Below, piece by piece: positions 56,680 to 64,000 of a stretch of DNA of 64,000 nucleotides. Source of the DNA: Calditrichia bacterium (GTDB lineage: Bacteria > Calditrichota > Calditrichia > RBG-13-44-9 > J075); contig JBOEGD010000024.1 of the NCBI GenBank assembly GCA_050633245.1, forward strand, positions 160,001-224,000. Reading direction: 5' to 3'. Both the position numbers and the translations under genes were made by a program. The notes beneath the pieces were generated by a model. The model was not told where the DNA came from. It searched no databases and worked only from the letters and a program-made list of their open reading frames with translations. Positions within the stretch are counted from its first letter, which is position 1. Each line of letters starts with the position of its first letter.

Positions 56680-58077
56680 GTGAATAAAAAGGAATACCGA
56701 ATATTTCTACTGGGTGTTGTTGTGCTTGGTGGTTTTTTCGGCACAATCATCTTTTATAATGCCCCCGAAATATGGATGCCGGCACCAGGTTGGAGCATTC
56801 TGAGTTCACTGGTAGCGTCTTTGCTACTTGCCCCGATTATCATTTTTTCTTATCGTCCAAAAACCGGGTTTAAACCTCGAATATTTCTTGCGCTACTCGT
56901 GCTTTGTGGCGCTCTGGTAATGTGGATCGATGCTGCGTATAATGTTCCCGGACCTATCGGGAATTCAGATTCAGGAGTTGCCTCACTTTTAATAAATATT
57001 CAAACAACGAGTTCCTGGGCATATCGTCTTTTCATTTTAATCCCAATTATTTTTACCGTGTTTGCTCTATGGGTTTGCGGTATGTTTTCGCTGTCCCTGG
57101 CGCGTGGTGTAACCAAGGCAAAAAAAGATTCCCCGAACTATTCGCTAATCACTTTGTCAATAAGCAGCGTAGGCGTTGTATTGCTTGTAATAATGACCAT
57201 CGCGAGTGTAATGTTTATCAAAAGTGGGCCAGTCTATGTTCTGTATGCCAACGAATTAAATTTTCCAAAATATAAGTGGGACGAGAAAGTACTCCAGCTA
57301 AAGGAAGATATTCTTACGCGCAGTGATGATGTAAAATCGATTGAAGTTTATCAAGGCTATGTGGATGTCGAGCATACGTTGGCTAAATCTATTTTCGAAA
57401 AATATGTATTATTGGAACTAACCCAGCAAAAACGTCTGCGACGAGGAAAATTGAGAGCGTCGCTAATTCATGGACTTAAACGCTATGAAAGTTCTTTAAT
57501 ATCCATATATGATGACCCGGATCGACCGGCGGTGCCATCTGAGGAAACGTATACATTTGTCGAAAATAATTTTGTTCTGGATCAAAAAGTGCTCTCGAAA
57601 TTAGGAATAGATACGGCTGAGTTACCTGATGATGCCGCTGCAAAGCTTCGAATGTCGTCAGAAAAAAGTCTGCCTGAAATAACCATAGACATTGCAAATC
57701 TAACCATTCCTCTCACCGCGATAGGATCTATCGAGAAAGTTCAGACAGAATATCAGGAAGCGGACTTGCCTACGCCCCGCTGGGAATTGTTCTCATTGAT
57801 TCAGAAAGACTCACCAACCGGAGTTTTAGTCTCTCTTAATGAGCATTATATTAGAAGCTTTGGTCTAAGCTTGAGCGCTATAGAAACCACCATTATGGAA
57901 TATATCGGGGCGCAGACTCTCCCAATTGATATTCGCTCATTTGAAGAGATCGTGCTTGCAAGTTCTGATAATGGACAGAAGATAAGACTTCGTGATATTG
58001 CCAGGGTGGATCGTAGCGAGCTCAACGATCGCTATCGTACTATTAACGGTCGTTTCTACGATATTCGGTTGCAATAA
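56680..58077 (+). CDS. Multi-TM membrane protein with C-terminal AcrB-docking-domain-like segment
   Basis: About 5 TM helices; C-terminal VSLNEHYIRSFGLSLSAIETTI...FEEIVLASSDNGQKIRLRDIARV. Start GTG 56680 (ORF track 56650). Confidence 0.6.
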   Translation: MNKKEYRIFLLGVVVLGGFFGTIIFYNAPEIWMPAPGWSILSSLVASLLLAPIIIFSYRPKTGFKPRIFLALLVLCGALVMWIDAAYNVPGPIGNSDSGVASLLINIQTTSSWAYRLFILIPIIFTVFALWVCGMFSLSLARGVTKAKKDSPNYSLITLSISSVGVVLLVIMTIASVMFIKSGPVYVLYANELNFPKYKWDEKVLQLKEDILTRSDDVKSIEVYQGYVDVEHTLAKSIFEKYVLLELTQQKRLRRGKLRASLIHGLKRYESSLISIYDDPDRPAVPSEETYTFVENNFVLDQKVLSKLGIDTAELPDDAAAKLRMSSEKSLPEITIDIANLTIPLTAIGSIEKVQTEYQEADLPTPRWELFSLIQKDSPTGVLVSLNEHYIRSFGLSLSAIETTIMEYIGAQTLPIDIRSFEEIVLASSDNGQKIRLRDIARVDRSELNDRYRTINGRFYDIRLQ

Positions 58078-58228
58078 AATGCAGATCGGCGCGGATATCA
58101 CGGCCTCTGCACATGGCCAGGCTGTGTTGATAATAGTGACATCCCAAGAAACCAAACTAAATATGCCTCCCCGCAGGGGCTAAAAAGCCAGCTCGGTGAT
58201 CGTGGTCGTCAGGAGACCACAGGAGAAT

Positions 58229-58705
58229 ATGGAATCGTCCTATAAAAGCTATATAAAACGATATTTTGTAGTATTGCTCCTTGATAGCGAGGAAGAATAT
58301 TCATCACTAATAGAAAAGCTTTCAGAATATCTATTGCAGAAGAGTCGTGATGCAATTGCATATCACAATCGAGGTCTGGCTTATCTTGAAATGGGGAATG
58401 AGAAGGGTTTAAAAGACATTGAACGAAGTATCTCGATTGATGGTAATAGAAAAGAGCCCTACAAAGTTTTAGGTCTATTTTGGGAACGAAACTTGGATTT
58501 AAAGCAGGCTTTGGCGTATTTTACTAAAACAATTGAAGCAGATGTTAATGATGCTAAAAACTATAGATGTCGAGCTTCAGTTCAGGAAGCGCTTGGTGAT
58601 TTAGATAGCGCTATAAGCGATCTAAATAAAGCAATAGAACTTGAACCGACATTTGAATACACAATAAAGCTGCGAGATAAATTACAATCACGTGCAAGCT
58701 CTTGA
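58229..58705 (+). CDS. TPR-repeat protein (cassette)
   Basis: AYHNRGLAY, ALAYFTKTIE, AISDLNKAIELEP; bounded by GTCAGGAG (58208) and near-complementary CTCTTGAC (58699). Confidence 0.85.
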   Translation: MESSYKSYIKRYFVVLLLDSEEEYSSLIEKLSEYLLQKSRDAIAYHNRGLAYLEMGNEKGLKDIERSISIDGNRKEPYKVLGLFWERNLDLKQALAYFTKTIEADVNDAKNYRCRASVQEALGDLDSAISDLNKAIELEPTFEYTIKLRDKLQSRASS

Positions 58706-58748
58706 CAAGGCGCTGCGCTCCCAATTTGCGCCGAGCACGGCGTTATGA
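58700..58748 (+). mobile_element. Shortened attC-like site
   Basis: TCTTGAC-AAGGCGCTGCGC...AATTTGCGCCGAGCACGGC-GTTATGA. Confidence 0.6.
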
Positions 58749-58784
58749 ATATCAATCTTGCCATTTGAACATTGAGTATCATTC

Positions 58785-59453
58785 ATGAAGTGGTTCAAAA
58801 AATTTTTTACATTGAGTATCTTTCGTGACACCCAAACCACGGAAAATAGCACTGAACAGATTGCATCGTCCGAGATAAAGGATATTGACTTATACGTGGA
58901 CGAATATCTTGCCAGGTTCAATGTGAATGTAGACTATTCTGGTGATCAGAGAGATCACCAGCTTTTAGATAAAATCCGCAGAGATGCAGCCGACCAGGAA
59001 GATGATATTGTCCTTTCAGCTTTGCTAAACGGCCTTGAGAAAACAGCGAAATTCGGGATACTTTCGTTTGAGGGAAAGTCCTTCCTTAAGGCCATCGGGC
59101 AGCTCGGTGATCGAAAGGCTGTCGGCCCCCTGCGGTTGCTTTTTGATAGTTTTGTTGACCCCAAGAAACGCGCAGACCGTGATTTAGTTACCTTAACGCT
59201 ATTCTCACTAGGGGATTTAAATTGGATTAAAGAACGAGTCTCTTTGCAAGATCTGGTCATGATGCTCGTTGTGTCTAAAATTAATACTGATGGTTCAATT
59301 CGGTTCACGCACCATTTGAGTGGTGCCACAATTGTTGAAGCTGGAGAGCTCTTGCAAAGAGATGGTGATTTTCACGCGCTCTTGGAGTTGACGATGGCAC
59401 ACAATAGTTATGCTGAGCAAGAAGTGGTTGTAAAAGCAATCAGCACAACTTAG
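58785..59453 (+). CDS. Hypothetical protein with one HEAT-like motif
   Basis: KAIGQLGDRKAVGPL; 222 aa. Confidence 0.6.
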   Translation: MKWFKKFFTLSIFRDTQTTENSTEQIASSEIKDIDLYVDEYLARFNVNVDYSGDQRDHQLLDKIRRDAADQEDDIVLSALLNGLEKTAKFGILSFEGKSFLKAIGQLGDRKAVGPLRLLFDSFVDPKKRADRDLVTLTLFSLGDLNWIKERVSLQDLVMMLVVSKINTDGSIRFTHHLSGATIVEAGELLQRDGDFHALLELTMAHNSYAEQEVVVKAISTT

Positions 59454-59505
59454 AGCTGTATTAGCGCAGAGTCTTTTTGTCGCACCTGATCACCATACAC
59501 CAAAC

Positions 59506-59575
59506 GTATATCAAGCGCATGCAGTCGGACAAATTGCCCGCTTCGCGCACCTTGCTGCTCGATGCTGCTCGATTC
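59506..59575 (+). mobile_element. attC-like remnant (3' end eroded)
   Basis: GTATATC-AAGCGCATGCAGTCGGACAAATTGCCCGCTTCGCGC...TTGCTGCTCGATGC resembles common attC left arms. Confidence 0.55.
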
Positions 59576-59598
59576 CACCCATTGGAAACTGTTGACCT

Positions 59599-60801
59599 AT
59601 GAAAGAATCGCTATCTATTCAACAAGCCCGAAAACTGGTGCTGCTATCGCAGAAACTGCCGCCTACAAAGCAGACCGGTGGCGCAACAGCAGCCACCCTG
59701 GCTGCAATTGAACACCTCGGCTATATTCAGATCGATACGATTTCCGTCATTCAGCGTGCCCATCACCATACTCTGTGGAATCGCAATCCGCGTTACAAAG
59801 CTGTGCAGCTAAGTCAGCTGATTACTGAGAAAAAAGTGTTCGAGTATTGGTCTCATGCCGCAGCTTACCTGCCGATGCGTGACTACCGGTTTAGCTTGGT
59901 GCGCAAGCATGCCCTTGCAACTGGCACGCTAAAGCAATGGTATAAGCGCGATGATAAGATGATAAAGCTGGTGCTAGACCGTATTGCCGGCGAAGGCCCG
60001 TTGATGGCCAGAGATTTTGAGTATACCGGTAAAAAGGTCGGTGACTGGCGAGCCAAGCCGGCCAAGCAGGCGCTGGAATATCTGTTTATGCAGGGTGACC
60101 TGATGATAGCAAGCCGCGTGAATTTTCACAAGGTGTACGACCTTACCAAGCGGGTGTTGCCGGAAGGAATTGATACCACATTGCCGGAACCGGAGGAATA
60201 CGCCCGATTTCTGATTACGCAGTATTTACGCGCGAATGGTCTGGGACAACCCGCCGAAATGGCTTATTTGTTGACCAATACCAAGCGACGTGTTACCGCT
60301 ACTGTGCAGGAAATGGTTGAGGCCGGAGAGCTGCTGCAGGTTTCCGTTGCCGATAACAGCTACTATGTGCTGCCGGAATCACTGGAGCTGCTAAGTAAAC
60401 CGTTGGCGCGTAGCAAGTTGAAGATTCTGTCGCCATTCGACAATCTGCTCATCCAGCGGAAGCGAATGCAGGCGCTGTTTGAATTCGACTATCTAATTGA
60501 ATGCTATGTGCCGCAGGTCAAGCGCCAATACGGCTATTTCTCTCTGCCCATTCTATGGGATGGCAAGCTGGTCGCGCGAATGGACTGCAAAGCAGACCGG
60601 AAGACAACGCTGCTGCATATTCATAATCTTGCCATAGAACCCACGGTAAAGAAAACCGACGTGCTTTTCAACGCGCTGCGTAAGGAACTGGAAGCCTTCC
60701 TACATTTTAATGACTGTACCGGGCTGGTACTGCACAAGACTTCGCCTGCAAAAGTTAAATCGGAGCTGCAGGTTTTGATGGGGGATCTTCTCGCTTCTTG
60801 A
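59599..60801 (+). CDS. YcaQ/AlkZ-like interstrand-crosslink DNA glycosylase (HTH_42 family)
   Basis: LGYIQIDTISVIQRAHH (QxD motif), FEYWSHAA, ILSPFDNL, FDYLIECYVP..KRQYGYFSLPIL, ARMDCKADRK. Confidence 0.9.
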   Translation: MKESLSIQQARKLVLLSQKLPPTKQTGGATAATLAAIEHLGYIQIDTISVIQRAHHHTLWNRNPRYKAVQLSQLITEKKVFEYWSHAAAYLPMRDYRFSLVRKHALATGTLKQWYKRDDKMIKLVLDRIAGEGPLMARDFEYTGKKVGDWRAKPAKQALEYLFMQGDLMIASRVNFHKVYDLTKRVLPEGIDTTLPEPEEYARFLITQYLRANGLGQPAEMAYLLTNTKRRVTATVQEMVEAGELLQVSVADNSYYVLPESLELLSKPLARSKLKILSPFDNLLIQRKRMQALFEFDYLIECYVPQVKRQYGYFSLPILWDGKLVARMDCKADRKTTLLHIHNLAIEPTVKKTDVLFNALRKELEAFLHFNDCTGLVLHKTSPAKVKSELQVLMGDLLAS

Positions 60802-60859
60802 ACGAAGCAGAAGGGGTGAGAGGATGCTATGTTAATTATCTCTAAGTGTTTTATACCAG

Positions 60860-60907
60860 CCTCTCGGCGGAGCTTATCCTGAGCACCTCGACTCCGCTCT
60901 GTGTGAC
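60860..60907. repeat. REP-like element, family A
   Basis: CCTCTCGGCGGAGCTTATCCTGAGCACCTCGACTCCGCTCTGTGTGACA. Confidence 0.65.
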
Positions 60908-61172
60908 AATTCCATTTCGACTCAATACTTTCTGGCGATTTTATCAAAAAGGTGCAAATGTAATATTTCATGTTACATTTGCACCTTTTTTACTCTGTCC
61001 TTTTCTATTGCTGTAATTCCTTCGTTATTTTTTTGAATAACAGAGTACCTCTTGGAATTTGTATTCCTATATTTCCAACTGCTGCATTTGATTGGCTTTG
61101 CTTTTTGGTTAATCAAGTTCATCACGTATATCCATGTCGAATTTATCCAATTCATCCATGTTTGGTTAATCC

Positions 61173-62303
61173 ATGCAACATAGCTATGACATCCTAGTTC
61201 TCGGCCTTGGCGGTATGGGCAGCGCAATTGCTTACGAGCTGTCCAAGCGCGGCGTATCCGTGGGCGGGGTTGAGCAGTTTGAACCGCTACACAACAAGGG
61301 CGGCACCCATGGTGAGAGTCGGATTATTCGCAAGGCCTACCCGGAGAAGCCGGATTATGTGCCGCTGCTGAATCGCTCGTATGAGCTATGGGATGAATTG
61401 GAGCAGCATGCCGACAGAAAGCTGCGCAATGAATGTGGCTTTCTGGTTGCCGGCCATAGAGATTCTCCTTACCTACAGGATTTGGATAACGCCTATCAAC
61501 ATTATCCGCTTACACATGAACGCTGGAGCGCAACTGAGTTAGCGCAGCATTTTCCTCAGTTCAACCTTCCCGAAGACTATCGCGCATATTTTGATCCCTT
61601 TGGTGGATTTCTGTATGTCGATCGCTGCCTGCAGGCGCATCAGGATTTAGCTGTTCGCAATGGCGCGACGCTTTGTTTCAATGAAAAAGTGCGATCCTGG
61701 CAACATAACGGCGATTGCGTCGTGCTGAAAACGGATAAGCAAACGCTGCATGCAAAAAAACTGATTATCGCCTCGGGTGCCTGGATGAAGCCGGAGCTTG
61801 CCAAACTCGATATCGAACTGCGCATCTGGCGTCGCGTTATTTTTTGGTATGGTCAGCAGCAAACATTTTCTCCGGAGAAATTTCCATCCTTTGTTATTGA
61901 GCATCAGAATACCGGATTTTACGGATTGCCCGCCTTGGGAGAGCAGGGCGTAAAAATCGGCGAACACAATATTCCATTTGATATTGCAGTGCCGGAAGAC
62001 TCAACCCAGCCGGTTACGCAAGCAGAGGAGGAGGTAATAGAACGATGTGTGTGGGACATTTTTCCGATGTTAGGTAAAAAAATAGAGCGCATTAAAACCT
62101 GCCTCTATGCCGTTTCGCCTGATCGTCATTTTATTCTCGATCATCATCCCGAACATAAGCATGTTTTACTGGCCGGTGGTTTTTCGGGACACGGCTATAA
62201 GTTTGCCACTGCTATTGGGGAGGTCATGGCTGATTTGGCGCTGGAGGGTAAGACGAAACATCCGATAGACTTTCTATCCCTGAAACGCTTCCAATCCAAA
62301 TAG
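61173..62303 (+). CDS. solA: N-methyl-L-tryptophan oxidase / monomeric sarcosine oxidase
   Basis: GLGGMGS FAD motif, GTHGESRIIRKAY, TCLYAVSPDRHFILD, GFSGHGYKF. Confidence 0.88.
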   Translation: MQHSYDILVLGLGGMGSAIAYELSKRGVSVGGVEQFEPLHNKGGTHGESRIIRKAYPEKPDYVPLLNRSYELWDELEQHADRKLRNECGFLVAGHRDSPYLQDLDNAYQHYPLTHERWSATELAQHFPQFNLPEDYRAYFDPFGGFLYVDRCLQAHQDLAVRNGATLCFNEKVRSWQHNGDCVVLKTDKQTLHAKKLIIASGAWMKPELAKLDIELRIWRRVIFWYGQQQTFSPEKFPSFVIEHQNTGFYGLPALGEQGVKIGEHNIPFDIAVPEDSTQPVTQAEEEVIERCVWDIFPMLGKKIERIKTCLYAVSPDRHFILDHHPEHKHVLLAGGFSGHGYKFATAIGEVMADLALEGKTKHPIDFLSLKRFQSK

Positions 62304-62360
62304 TTTGTCAATATCGCATCAAAACACTAAGTTCCGGGACTCAATAACTCAGGTTCGATC

Positions 62361-64000
62361 ATGCCGCTGAATGCGACAAGCTCTCCGCCAGCTCCACCAA
62401 AACGAAATTTTATTAAAAAGCTACTGCCGTTTATGGGGCTGTTTGGGCTACTGGTTTGCTTTAACCTTGTTTACAATATTAATCCTTTTAGTGGAATACA
62501 GTGGAGCGATCTCTTACCGGCTCCCGAGCTGTTTTTGCTGTTTTTACTGCTTTGTTTAACGATCGATCTGAATCTCCGCTTACCGGTATTGTTCTGGGGG
62601 GCAATTCTGACGACGCTGTGGTTTTTGCGCATCTTTGGTTTGGCCGATCAGGCAATGCCGTACTATTTTGACCGTCAGTTTAATCTATATATAGACACTG
62701 GTTATGCGCTGGACTTGCTGGATCTGTTTTACCTCACCACATCTTTGGGAGGATTTCTCCTGACAATCCTTCTGAGCATTTCAACGGTTGTCGGTTTTGT
62801 TTATTTATCCTGGCGCGGACTATTCAAGCTGAAGAAATTATTGCATGAGGTGACGCTACGGCGATCCGTTCTTGCTCTGCTATTGCTATTAGCCTTTAGC
62901 GGATTTGTCGTAACGAAAATGAGCACACAACAGAGAATGCTCTCGATAAGTGGTTACCTGCCTCGCTTTTCAGAAGAAGTTCGATTTATCTCGGAGGTGC
63001 AAAAAATTGGGCGAGAATTCAACGCCGAGCTTGAAGCGGTGCGTTTTGAGGCCGCCAAGCTGCCGCAGGATTTGGTTGGCTTGAATGAGAGCAATGTCTT
63101 ACTGTTTTTTGTCGAGTCCTACGGCCATTCTTCTCTTACACATGCCGAATATGGACCATTAGTCCAACCAGCTTTACAAGAAATGCAGACGTCGCTGGGC
63201 GCAGCGGGATTTGAGATGGTCTCCAGCTATATGGGATCGCCGACTTATGGCGGCACCTCCTGGCTGGCACATGGTGCATTTAGCAGCGGAGTGGCGGTAC
63301 ACGATCAACTTCGTTTTGATATGCTATTGAAGTCAGATGTAAAAGCGCTGCCGCGTTACTTTGACCATGCGGGCTACCGAACAATCTGCGTAATGCCCGG
63401 CACGCGTTATGCTTGGCCGGAAGGTGCCTGGTTTGGCTATCAGGAGAAGATCTTTGCCGATGATTTTGCCTATGCCGGACCGACATACGGCTGGTCTCCC
63501 ATGCCCGATCAGTTTGTAATCGATCGTGTGCATCGCAAGCATTTAGCCGAGAGCCCTTCACCGATTTTTGCCGAGTTTGTTTTGGTCTCCAGCCATGCTC
63601 CGTTTCATATTCAGCCACCATACGTTGTGGATTGGTCGCGAATCGGAAATGGAGCCATTTATGACGACCTTCAGCCGCTTCGCTATAATATAGAATGGCC
63701 TAAGATGGAGAATGCTGCGGAAGGCTATTCGCGTTCCATTAGCTATGTGCTGAAGAGCCTGGAAGAGTATCTGCTGCAGTTTATCGATGACAATTCACTG
63801 ATTATCATTCTCGGTGACCATCAGCCGAACCTGGCATTAACCGGTCCGAACCAGCCGTGGTCGGTGCCGATTCACGTCATCAGTCGGAATACGGAACTGT
63901 TGAAGCCGTTTCGTGCGCGCGACTATATTTCGGGAATGATTCCCAATCAGCAGTGGCCGCATCCGGGAATGGAGTCTTTTTTGCCGAATTTCCTGCTGGA
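62361..64000 (+). CDS. Membrane-anchored sulfatase/alkaline-phosphatase-superfamily protein (runs off window; missing from ORF track)
   Basis: Read from ATG 62361 (MPLNATSSPPAPPKRNF...), several TMs, then NVLLFFVESYG, SPTYGGTSWLAH, PDQF, LVSSHAPF, ILGDHQP, VPIHVIS. Confidence 0.82.
   Translation, partial: MPLNATSSPPAPPKRNFIKKLLPFMGLFGLLVCFNLVYNINPFSGIQWSDLLPAPELFLLFLLLCLTIDLNLRLPVLFWGAILTTLWFLRIFGLADQAMPYYFDRQFNLYIDTGYALDLLDLFYLTTSLGGFLLTILLSISTVVGFVYLSWRGLFKLKKLLHEVTLRRSVLALLLLLAFSGFVVTKMSTQQRMLSISGYLPRFSEEVRFISEVQKIGREFNAELEAVRFEAAKLPQDLVGLNESNVLLFFVESYGHSSLTHAEYGPLVQPALQEMQTSLGAAGFEMVSSYMGSPTYGGTSWLAHGAFSSGVAVHDQLRFDMLLKSDVKALPRYFDHAGYRTICVMPGTRYAWPEGAWFGYQEKIFADDFAYAGPTYGWSPMPDQFVIDRVHRKHLAESPSPIFAEFVLVSSHAPFHIQPPYVVDWSRIGNGAIYDDLQPLRYNIEWPKMENAAEGYSRSISYVLKSLEEYLLQFIDDNSLIIILGDHQPNLALTGPNQPWSVPIHVISRNTELLKPFRARDYISGMIPNQQWPHPGMESFLPNFLL

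Noticed and set aside
27267-60907. Prophage or ICE
   Set aside because: No integrase, structural, replication or conjugation genes recognised.
60960-61172. Small ORFs in the AT-rich stretch before solA
   Set aside because: No motifs or RBS; overlapping short ORFs on both strands look spurious.

Overview
Bacterial chromosomal window; almost all genes are on the + strand. Six proteins end in the NYPNPFNP-type FlgD-Ig/T9SS-like C-terminal domain (CTD) and many signal peptides are followed by Gln, which suggests (inference) an FCB-related lineage such as Calditrichota, KSB1 or Ignavibacteria. The first part (1-24 kb) is an envelope/secretome cluster: the end of a TonB-dependent receptor, a beta-propeller sensor kinase and a NarL-type regulator, an ECF sigma/anti-sigma module, two tandem LVIVD/choice-of-anchor-B proteins, a sulfotransferase, a serine hydrolase and two BNR beta-propeller proteins. 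The best finding lies here and is missed by the ORF track: a gene starting at 20285 reads through an in-frame TGA in a UxxC motif (F-G-F-S-TGA-G-F-C) followed by a SECIS-like hairpin. It predicts a signal-peptide-bearing, selenocysteine-containing TlpA/redoxin fused to the secretion-type CTD. The second part (about 27-61 kb) is a long run of small, co-oriented, unrelated genes (two HigBA toxin-antitoxin pairs, GNAT, VOC, SMI1/KNR4, GFA, HAD, nucleotidyltransferase and others). They are separated by decayed integron attC-like sites, gene fragments and two REP-like repeat families, with no integrase in the window, so this looks like an eroded cassette array. No rRNA, tRNA, CRISPR array or transposase was recognised. 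All family assignments come from motif recognition by eye, not database searches.
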